A DNA stretch of 27,915 nt, taken from IMG/VR virus record IMGVR_UViG_3300016652_000227, positions 1 through 27,915 of that record. One strand, 5' to 3'. Positions 1 through 7,555 of this stretch are shown here, piece after piece (within the stretch, counting starts at the first letter, position 1; every line of letters begins with the position of its first letter). Below the pieces are notes generated by a model. That model was not told where the DNA came from, made no database searches, and saw only the letters and a program-made list of their open reading frames with translations. Origin of the DNA: a virus (Duplodnaviria > Caudoviricetes). Both the position numbers and the translations under genes were made by a program.

Positions 1-2
1 AA

Positions 3-1058
3 AAACTTAAAATTGCTGACTCTTTGATTGATAAATATATTGCCGTTAGTGGCTGGGATCAAGAGAAAGCAAACGCTTGGGAATACAAAGGACTTATTGC
101 ATTAAGACACAATAATCCGGAACTTGCTGAGAAATGTTTTTTGAATGCTATATCTGTGTATCCTAAACAACACACTCCATACTTAAGACTTGCTGATTTA
201 CTATTTAAGAAAAACCAAGACGACATTGCAGTTCATTACCTTGATGTTGTTGAAAAAATACTTGGCGAATACAAATCACAATCAACTATTGGCAATCCCC
301 TTGAAATCAAAGTTTTAATTGCAACGCTTCGGTATATCCAACATTACAAGAGAGGTCAGTTAGATGAGGCTCGGAAGTGGGCTGAGATAAGACATCAGTA
401 TCAAAAAGACGGATTGTTAGATGAGATTACAGCACAACAAAACAAAGAACTTGTAGCCAAAGGGTTTGTAAACTTGGCAACTTATTACAACAAGGCCGGA
501 AACTTCAAGGCATTATTTTTACTTCTTGAGAATGCTCCGTTAGAGTTTAGAGAAGAAAACTTTTTAATGAATTTATCTCAATTATTTCCAGGCAAAAAGT
601 GGAGAGATGACGAAGTTTGCTACTATGCGTCATCTGGACATAAACATTTTGAGTTTTGGGATGGGGATAGTTTGAAAACTGGTATTGGTGGCTCTGAGTC
701 GGCTGTTATCTATTTGGCCGAGGAGTGGGCAAGAAACGGTCTCAATGTTACTGTTTATTGCGACTGTATCAATATGAAAATTATAAATAATGTCTTGTAT
801 ATCCCTTATTACTTAATCAACTGGAAAGATGAATTCTCAACGCTTATCTTATGGAGATCTCCTCACTTACTTGATATGAAAATCAATGCCAAACAGGTGT
901 TTTATGACGCTCATGACATTGAAAGTATGACAAATTGGCCAAAACATAGGGTTGATAAGGTTTCAAAAGTATTTTTCAAGAGTTCTTGGCATAGGGATAA
1001 CTTGCCACAAATACCTAATGAAAAAGCAGTAGTTATCGGAAATGGGATTAATTTATGA
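3..1058 (+). CDS. TPR-repeat protein fused to N-terminal half of a GT-B (GT4-like) glycosyltransferase; 5'-truncated by window edge
   Basis: Frame open to window start. TPR-like helices (ANAWEYKGLIAL...AEKCFLNAISVYPKQHTPYLRLADLL), then GIGGSESAVIYLAEEW, YDAHD, FFKSSWHR, ending at VIGNGINL (the GT-B inter-domain 'NGI' linker). Confidence 0.8.
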   Translation, partial: KLKIADSLIDKYIAVSGWDQEKANAWEYKGLIALRHNNPELAEKCFLNAISVYPKQHTPYLRLADLLFKKNQDDIAVHYLDVVEKILGEYKSQSTIGNPLEIKVLIATLRYIQHYKRGQLDEARKWAEIRHQYQKDGLLDEITAQQNKELVAKGFVNLATYYNKAGNFKALFLLLENAPLEFREENFLMNLSQLFPGKKWRDDEVCYYASSGHKHFEFWDGDSLKTGIGGSESAVIYLAEEWARNGLNVTVYCDCINMKIINNVLYIPYYLINWKDEFSTLILWRSPHLLDMKINAKQVFYDAHDIESMTNWPKHRVDKVSKVFFKSSWHRDNLPQIPNEKAVVIGNGINL

Positions 1059-1726
1059 TAGAAAACAAAGATATTAAACCATTAGAAAAAAGAAGAAAAC
1101 CTTATATACAAATTGTTTGTCAATTTTGTGAAATTACTTTTGAATTACCCCCAAATATATACAAATTGAGAGTAAAAACACAAAAAAATATATTTTGTTC
1201 TAAAGTATGCTCACAAAAGTATCGTATCGGCAAACCGAATAATGTTGTTTATACAAAAGAATTAAAAGAAAAATTAAGTATCGCTCAAAGGTCAAAAACA
1301 TTAAGTCAAAAAGCATTAGAAAAGATGAAAAAATTAGGCAAAGAAAGTAAAAATCTTTTCAAAAAAGGACACAAAATTCACGATATATATCCTGAATTGC
1401 GAAAAAAAATACTTACAACACAGAAAAAAGAAAAACATTGGAATTGGAAAGGCGGCTTTTACAAAGAAATTTTTGCATTAAGAGGCACACAAAAATATAT
1501 AAATTGGAGAACTTCTGTATTTATAAGAGACAACCATACTTGCCAAGAGTGTAATGTTAGAAACAAAAATATAAATGCCCATCATATTATTCCTTTTGCA
1601 AAATTATTTTATGATAAAGATGAAACAACTATGTGGGATATAAATAACGGAATTACTTTATGCCAAAAATGTCATAATCTAAAACATACTGGCGTTAAAA
1701 AGGAGATTTATGCAAAAAAAAATTAA
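1055..1726 (+). CDS. HNH homing endonuclease with N-terminal Zn finger and NUMOD-like DNA-binding segment
   Basis: CQFC...FCSKVC, HWNWKGG, WRTSVFIRDNHTCQEC...NAHHI...WDINNGITLCQKCH. ATGA overlap with the upstream stop; very A-rich. Confidence 0.9.
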   Translation: MIENKDIKPLEKRRKPYIQIVCQFCEITFELPPNIYKLRVKTQKNIFCSKVCSQKYRIGKPNNVVYTKELKEKLSIAQRSKTLSQKALEKMKKLGKESKNLFKKGHKIHDIYPELRKKILTTQKKEKHWNWKGGFYKEIFALRGTQKYINWRTSVFIRDNHTCQECNVRNKNINAHHIIPFAKLFYDKDETTMWDINNGITLCQKCHNLKHTGVKKEIYAKKN

Positions 1727-2282
1727 AATGTTATATGCGTCGAGTCCTGATAGAGGTTTAGAGCATTTGCTCAAGATGTGGCCAAGAATTAGAGAAAAAC
1801 TACCAAACGCCGAACTTCATAATTGCTATGGTTTTCAACTTTTTCTTAAAGGATATTCTAATAATCCTTATATGATGAAATGGTATGACGAAATGCAAGA
1901 ACTTCTCAAACAAGAAGGTATATTTGATTATGGGAGGGTTTCAAAAGATAAATTAGATGAAATAACAGCAAGTTGTGATTTGTGGGTGTATCCAACACAT
2001 TTTCAAGAAACTTTTTGCATAACTGCTGTTCGAAGTCAGTCGCTTGGTTGTGTTCCAGTTACAGTCAATTTAGCGGCACTTGAAGATACAGTTTTTTCTG
2101 GAGTAAAATTAGATGTTGATATTTATGACCCAGAAGCAAAAGAATTATTTTTCCAAGAATTGATAAAACTTGCAACTGACGAAGAAAGACTTAAAGCAGA
2201 AAAAGAAAAAGGTATTTTAGGTGCAAAAAAATATGCTTGGGAGAATATAGCAAAACAATGGATGACATATATTCAAAATTAG
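1710..2282 (+). CDS. Glycosyltransferase GT-B (GT4/Glycos_transf_1-like) C-terminal domain
   Basis: MLYASSPDRGLEHLL, GRVSK, LWVYPTHFQETFCITAVRSQSLGCVPV, YAWENIAKQW. AAGGAG SD at 1700-1705. Confidence 0.88.
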   Translation: MQKKIKMLYASSPDRGLEHLLKMWPRIREKLPNAELHNCYGFQLFLKGYSNNPYMMKWYDEMQELLKQEGIFDYGRVSKDKLDEITASCDLWVYPTHFQETFCITAVRSQSLGCVPVTVNLAALEDTVFSGVKLDVDIYDPEAKELFFQELIKLATDEERLKAEKEKGILGAKKYAWENIAKQWMTYIQN

Positions 2283-2794
2283 ACACAGGTGGTGGGGCAA
2301 ATGACTGGGTGATGCCATTTTTATCAAGCATTGAAGATAGAAAATTAAATAAAATTGTTGAGTTTGGTCTTGGAGTTAATTCCAAATACCTAATGGACAA
2401 CGCTTTAGAGCTTCACAGTATTGAAATAGTTGTGCGTCCTGAGCAAGACGGATGGGCTGACTATGTTAGGGAGCTTTTATCTGAAAAAAACAGTAGGATC
2501 ACAGTTATAAAACACATTGACGCTTATGATGATGAGTTAATTGATAAAATTGATGCAGTTTTTGATGCCGATTATGATTTGGCTTTTGTTGATAGTGGTG
2601 CTCATTGCCGGGGCGACTTGGTCAATTATTGTTTTGATATGGGTATTCCAATAATTATAGCTCACGATACAGCACACGGAAACGAAGCGTATGGCTGGTA
2701 TAAAATAGAAGTACCAGAAGAATACGAAGAAAAAGTATATAATTCCGGGCAAGGAACAACTGTCTGGATTAAAAAAAACAATGGCACAACTTAA
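2258..2794 (+). CDS. Class I SAM-dependent methyltransferase-like protein (Methyltransf_24-like)
   Basis: IVEFGLGVNS (motif I-like), LHSIE, YDLAFVDSGAH, IIAHDT. Start chosen at ATG 2258. Confidence 0.6.
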   Translation: MDDIYSKLDTGGGANDWVMPFLSSIEDRKLNKIVEFGLGVNSKYLMDNALELHSIEIVVRPEQDGWADYVRELLSEKNSRITVIKHIDAYDDELIDKIDAVFDADYDLAFVDSGAHCRGDLVNYCFDMGIPIIIAHDTAHGNEAYGWYKIEVPEEYEEKVYNSGQGTTVWIKKNNGTT

Positions 2795-3422
2795 CGCAAA
2801 CACACCATACATACAATGCTACATAAGAAAAGAATTTACCGGACACACCGATAACCTTGAAGGTTATATCTTTGGTGTTAAATCAATGTTAAATAGACCG
2901 CTTCACTTTCATTTTTTATCAGAAATTGGAGCGGTATTCTGGAATATGCCAATTAGTGCTTTTTATCACGGAGAAGAATTTGATTTGTTATCGCAGGACG
3001 AGCAGGAAAGATTATCGCTTCTTCAAACTTGGGATTGTCAGTCAAATAATATAGCCGTTACAACTTTTGCTTTTCTACAAAACAAAAGAGTTGATGTTCA
3101 CTGTAGAGACGGAGAGTGGAGAAGTGGAAAATACTTATTTACCATTGATGACTATGAAGGCGATTTAAATGAGTTGAATGTAGGGTATTCTAATGATCAA
3201 GACTCCAAGTGCTATCAATTCATAGTTTTAGATAACGGAAACTTTTGTGTACACCCAAACAACTTGCTTAGGTGGCATAACCCTGACTTTATAGTTCCTT
3301 ATGACAAAGATAATGTTCCTAGACTTAAAGTTTTCAAAGAACAACTAACAAGCGAAGATATTGACCGAACATATGGAAATAGCCCCTATTATTTCTATAA
3401 TAAGATAGATGAACAACACTAA
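2781..3422 (+). CDS. Conserved phage hypothetical protein
   Basis: 213 aa, overlaps both neighbours. LNANTP..CYIRKE / GAVFWNMPISAF / QTWDC / YLFTID / LDNGNF..HPNN resembles an uncharacterised family I recall from aquatic phages. Confidence 0.7.
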   Translation: MAQLNANTPYIQCYIRKEFTGHTDNLEGYIFGVKSMLNRPLHFHFLSEIGAVFWNMPISAFYHGEEFDLLSQDEQERLSLLQTWDCQSNNIAVTTFAFLQNKRVDVHCRDGEWRSGKYLFTIDDYEGDLNELNVGYSNDQDSKCYQFIVLDNGNFCVHPNNLLRWHNPDFIVPYDKDNVPRLKVFKEQLTSEDIDRTYGNSPYYFYNKIDEQH

Positions 3423-4281
3423 AGTTTCAGTAGTATGGACTGATGCTAGAAACCCAGAGTATTACTTTACACCAAACTGGGCTGTAAAATTGCCACGCTA
3501 TTTCAAGAAAAACTTTGAATTTACTTTCTTTGCACTTACTACAACAAATTCGGCTATTTACAATGAAAATGAAAATATCACAGTGTGGCTTAAACCTGAT
3601 AACAAAACATTATCTTATGGTGTCACCAAGTTTACAGAGCCTGATGTTCTAATAGTCATCGGAACATCTGACTTCCCATTTGAAATACTTTTTGGCGATG
3701 CCAGAAAAAAGATACTTATTGCTAAAGGATCTAAAACAAACCCTAAAAATTACAATTTATTTAATCTAGTTATTACTGAAACTGAAGAAGAGATTAAAAA
3801 CTACAAAACAGCAGTATGTCAGCCGGTGGTGGATACTGAAAACTATACTACTCAACAGGGAGAGAGATATTTCTCGGTCTGTTACCCACAGGATTTACCA
3901 AACAAATTGCAAGGCTTCTTTGAGCAAGTTCGGTTTTATGGCTCGGTATCAAACAATTTACCAACCACTGTTAAAATACCACTTACTCGGCATGACATAT
4001 TAAAGACTATATTTAGTCAGTCGCAAAGTGTATCTTTGCTTGATGATTTTGATAGTTTTGATTTGGCTATGTCTGCCCTTGCTTGTAATACTCCGGTTGT
4101 TGCATTAAATAGTGTTAAAGCATCTAAAATACCAGTAGTCTATTCATCTTCAGATAACCCGGAAAGGTTTATCAAAACCCAGTATATGGCTTCTAAAAAG
4201 AAATTAGATTGGAGGCATGAGTATATCTTGCCTAATTTTACAGTTGAGAAGTTGGCAGGTATAATTAAGGAAATTTTATGA
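3409..4281 (+). CDS. Divergent GT-B glycosyltransferase-like protein
   Basis: DSFDLAMSALACNTPVV resembles the GT4 E-x-F-G-x-x-x-x-E-A-x-A-x-G-x-P-V-V motif but lacks the glutamates; lies within the GT cluster. Confidence 0.55.
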   Translation: MNNTKVSVVWTDARNPEYYFTPNWAVKLPRYFKKNFEFTFFALTTTNSAIYNENENITVWLKPDNKTLSYGVTKFTEPDVLIVIGTSDFPFEILFGDARKKILIAKGSKTNPKNYNLFNLVITETEEEIKNYKTAVCQPVVDTENYTTQQGERYFSVCYPQDLPNKLQGFFEQVRFYGSVSNNLPTTVKIPLTRHDILKTIFSQSQSVSLLDDFDSFDLAMSALACNTPVVALNSVKASKIPVVYSSSDNPERFIKTQYMASKKKLDWRHEYILPNFTVEKLAGIIKEIL

Positions 4282-5048
4282 AAGTTTTATTTGTCTCAGA
4301 TTACAAATATGAGGTCCGGGATGGTCTTTTTGAGGCGATAAACTTGCTCAAATATGACAGATTTAACATAGGATCTAATACTCCAAACTTTGCCAGTTAC
4401 GATTTTATTTTAGGACACGGAGCATTTGGCTCTCGTGTTGATTTACTCCTTCAAACATTACCTAATAAAAAAGGGCTTTGTATTGCTGGTAATGTGTGGA
4501 AACAAGGTAATTCAGCATATGATGTTTTGTTTTACGAAACAGAGTGGGTTAAAGACTTCTTAAACTTACAAGGAAACCTAGTTCATGCTTTTGGAATCAA
4601 CACAAAGCTATTTAATAACACAGACCCAACTTTATACAGATACCGAAGCATAGACTATTTATCAGTTGGTGCATTTGCTTCTTGGAAAAACCACGAAAAG
4701 ATTATCAATAAAAAAGGAAACAGAGTTTGCATAGGTGAAATACAAAAAGATAACAAAGAAGAAAGTATGGGAATTATACAAACACTTTTATCACAAGGTG
4801 TTGGAGTTATACCTCAAGTTGATAGTGAAAGTCTTGCAAGATATTATCAAAGTGCAAAGACTGTATATATCCCGGCCAACATCTATGGTGGTGGTGAAAG
4901 AGCATTACTTGAAGCCAGATCTTGTGGGTGCTTGATTGAAATAGAAAACGATAACGAAAAACTTAAAGAATTGCTTGATACTCCAATCTGGGATGAAAAA
5001 TACTACGCTCTTCAATTGTTTCAAGGAATTAAAACTTATGGATTATAG
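4278..5048 (+). CDS. Glycosyltransferase GT4-like
   Basis: MKVLFVSD, FGINTKLF, VGAFASWKNH, LARYYQSAKTVYIP, GGERALLEARSCG. Confidence 0.8.
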   Translation: MKVLFVSDYKYEVRDGLFEAINLLKYDRFNIGSNTPNFASYDFILGHGAFGSRVDLLLQTLPNKKGLCIAGNVWKQGNSAYDVLFYETEWVKDFLNLQGNLVHAFGINTKLFNNTDPTLYRYRSIDYLSVGAFASWKNHEKIINKKGNRVCIGEIQKDNKEESMGIIQTLLSQGVGVIPQVDSESLARYYQSAKTVYIPANIYGGGERALLEARSCGCLIEIENDNEKLKELLDTPIWDEKYYALQLFQGIKTYGL

Positions 5049-5505
5049 AGAGTTATCAAAAAAACAGAAAATAAAATTGAGAGAAAACAGAGTTTTAACT
5101 GTTGGAACTTTTGATGTAGCTCACATTGGTCACATATATCTGTTTTGTCAGTGTGCTGAATTAGGGGATACTTATGTTGCTGTTAATTCAGATGGGTTTG
5201 TTGAAAGATACAAAGGCAAAAAACCAATTATACCTATGAAAGAAAGGATTGCTATGGTTAGATCCTGCGTTTTTGTGCGTCATGCTTTTGAAAACTTTGG
5301 GGAAGAAGATTTGCGTCCTGTAATTCGTAAAATAAAACCTAAATACTTAGTTGTTGGGTCAGATTGGCTTGATAAAGACTATTTCAAACAAACGAAGTTA
5401 GATACCCAGTTTTTAGACGACAACGAGGTTACTCTTGTTTTTGTTCCAAGATTTATCAATAAATCATCAACAGATATTAAAAGAAAGATATTAAATGAAG
5501 GTTAG
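5038..5505 (+). CDS. Cytidylyltransferase-family nucleotidyltransferase (TagD/RfaE-like)
   Basis: VGTFDVAHIGH (HIGH motif), VAVNSD, KGKKPI..ER, VVGSDW, SSTDIK. Confidence 0.9.
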   Translation: MDYRELSKKQKIKLRENRVLTVGTFDVAHIGHIYLFCQCAELGDTYVAVNSDGFVERYKGKKPIIPMKERIAMVRSCVFVRHAFENFGEEDLRPVIRKIKPKYLVVGSDWLDKDYFKQTKLDTQFLDDNEVTLVFVPRFINKSSTDIKRKILNEG

Positions 5506-6049
5506 TGTTGTAATCTCATCATATTGGGTAGATGACGAAAAACCAAGCATTTTGCAAAGGTGTATCAAATCTCTTGTCGGATATGACGAACTTTTAACTT
5601 TAGTTACAACAAAAGAGTCTCCTCTTGGCTTTACTGACTCTTGGAATAGGATTTCAAGTATTGCAAAAGGGGACTATATTATCTTTGTTGGCGACAATAA
5701 TTACCAGACTGCGGGAAATCTGCGTGAATTATGTATTCCAAACACAGTCACATCTCCAACAATATGTCATCAGAAGCAAGACTTTTGGGGTATGGTGTTT
5801 TGTATGCCAAGAGATTTGGTGTTAAAGTTTGGACCTTATGACATGATATACAATAATGGTAGCCATTTTGAGGATACAGATCTTAAAATGAGACTTGATA
5901 AATCTGGTATTTCTTGTGTTTGTATTGATAGTGTCAACTTTGACAGACCAAGTGGAGGTAGAACTATTGAGGCTGATGTTAATTTTATGAAAAAAAGAGG
6001 TATAAACGCAGAAATTTTTAGGCAAACATGGCACACGAAACAACAATAA
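5495..6049 (+). CDS. Glycosyltransferase family 2
   Basis: KVSVVI, LQRCIKSL, GFTDSWN, AKGDYIIFVGDN, FEDTDL. Confidence 0.8.
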   Translation: MKVSVVISSYWVDDEKPSILQRCIKSLVGYDELLTLVTTKESPLGFTDSWNRISSIAKGDYIIFVGDNNYQTAGNLRELCIPNTVTSPTICHQKQDFWGMVFCMPRDLVLKFGPYDMIYNNGSHFEDTDLKMRLDKSGISCVCIDSVNFDRPSGGRTIEADVNFMKKRGINAEIFRQTWHTKQQ

Positions 6050-6852
6050 GTTTAATATACATCTCAAACAGGTATGGTGGCCTTGATATACTCAAGGCAA
6101 ACATCTTGCGTCAGCAATTCTTTGATTACGAAATTGTATTTGTTGATGGGCTATACAACGAAAGAAAAGACGAAGTTGCCGAGTACTTTAAGCATCACAA
6201 GATAATACACTTACCAGAGCCAGAAATGGGTGAGGGTTATGTTCATAAACTCGCAAGATGCTGGAATGTGGCATTTAAGGCTTGTTCTGGCAAATTACTC
6301 ATATCTCTCCAAGATTACATATATATTCCACCAGATGCTTTTAATAAATTCTTATACTATTACAGGAGTTTTAACCCACAAGCCTTGTATTCTGGTGTTG
6401 GACACCAATATGCAAAACCCGGAGTTGATAAAATCAAAAATCCAAAGGGCTTGATATCTGTTTTTGAAAAGGAATACACTAAGAAGCCTGAAAACTTGGT
6501 CTGGACTGACCCAAGAGTTAGAGGCACAGACTTACGAATGGGTGAACCTATTGAATGGGAAGCCAACTGGTGTGCAATCCCAAGAAGTATCATTTATGAA
6601 TTAGGTGGTATGGATGAAGAATATGACAAGCATGGCTTTGGATATGACAACACAAACATAGCCGAACGAGCCAAAATGTTAGGATATCCTACTTTCATTG
6701 ATCAATCAAACGAATGCTTTGGGTTTAGACATGATGACTGGTGGCCAAATAAACTTAAAAACTCACAAACTTACGCTGACAAATATCACTTTGAAATCAT
6801 CAACAAAATGAAAAACGGACTTGTGAGCCCTATCTTGAAATACCTGTCTTGA
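6028..6852 (+). CDS. Glycosyltransferase family 2 (GT2/GT7C-like)
   Basis: YEIVFVDG, LARCWN, GKLLISLQD, LGGMDEEY..GFGYDN..IAERA. Confidence 0.85.
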   Translation: MAHETTISLIYISNRYGGLDILKANILRQQFFDYEIVFVDGLYNERKDEVAEYFKHHKIIHLPEPEMGEGYVHKLARCWNVAFKACSGKLLISLQDYIYIPPDAFNKFLYYYRSFNPQALYSGVGHQYAKPGVDKIKNPKGLISVFEKEYTKKPENLVWTDPRVRGTDLRMGEPIEWEANWCAIPRSIIYELGGMDEEYDKHGFGYDNTNIAERAKMLGYPTFIDQSNECFGFRHDDWWPNKLKNSQTYADKYHFEIINKMKNGLVSPILKYLS

Positions 6853-6869
6853 AATTGTATTGGTAAGTC

Positions 6870-7235
6870 ATGCTTGGTGCTGAAAGTTATCAAAAACAAA
6901 TAATTGAAACAAAACCTGTTGAGACTGTGCTTGTTGAGGAGACAAGGCAAAATACTGTTTTACCTGATAATACTGTTGTTAATAAGGTGGCTGAAATGTT
7001 TGGCATTATGCCTCAGGAAATTGGTAAATACTCGCCAGATCTTAACGAGGCTATAGAGTTTGCTAAAAAACAGGGTGCTACCTCTTTAGAGGATATTATT
7101 TATCACATAAGACAAGTGAGTGATAATTTGGCAACAAATATGCAAGAAAGAAAAATCAAAACACTCTCAAGATATCTCTTTTTGATATCCCAAAGAGATA
7201 AAGTTAATCTTGATATTGAAAGGATGAAACAATGA
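6870..7235 (+). CDS. Hypothetical phage protein
   Basis: 121-aa ORF preceded by the recurrent promoter-like motif; ATGA coupling to the next gene. Confidence 0.7.
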   Translation: MLGAESYQKQIIETKPVETVLVEETRQNTVLPDNTVVNKVAEMFGIMPQEIGKYSPDLNEAIEFAKKQGATSLEDIIYHIRQVSDNLATNMQERKIKTLSRYLFLISQRDKVNLDIERMKQ

Positions 7236-7555
7236 CATCCCCTGTTTTAGAACAATTAGGAACCGGACACATGTCGCCTGAGGCGATTATGATGTGGGAT
7301 CAGTTCGGAAGAGTTGGTAATAGCGAGTCAGGACAAGCCTATAATAGGGTTAGGGAAGTTGATGAAATACAATTAGTTGATGTGGCAGGTGCTGATATAT
7401 ACATAGGTTATGCAATTCCACAATCCAGCGTCTCACTTGCTGTCTGGAAGATAAAGCGAGTTAATACAAATAATCCAATAAGTATCTATTATGCTGACGG
7501 CTCGGTTTACTATGATAAAACTTGGGCAAGTCGTGCTTCTTACACTTACGCATGA
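7232..7555 (+). CDS. Small phage (probably virion-associated) protein
   Basis: GAAAGG SD. YIGYA.P......AVWKIKRV...YADG...YDKTW..RASYTY is a pattern I recall from phage structural modules. Confidence 0.7.
   Translation: MTSPVLEQLGTGHMSPEAIMMWDQFGRVGNSESGQAYNRVREVDEIQLVDVAGADIYIGYAIPQSSVSLAVWKIKRVNTNNPISIYYADGSVYYDKTWASRASYTYA

Noticed and set aside
1055-1726. Group I intron or intein carrying the HNH gene
   Set aside because: No non-coding flanks for a ribozyme core, no intein blocks, and the downstream half has its own SD and ATG.
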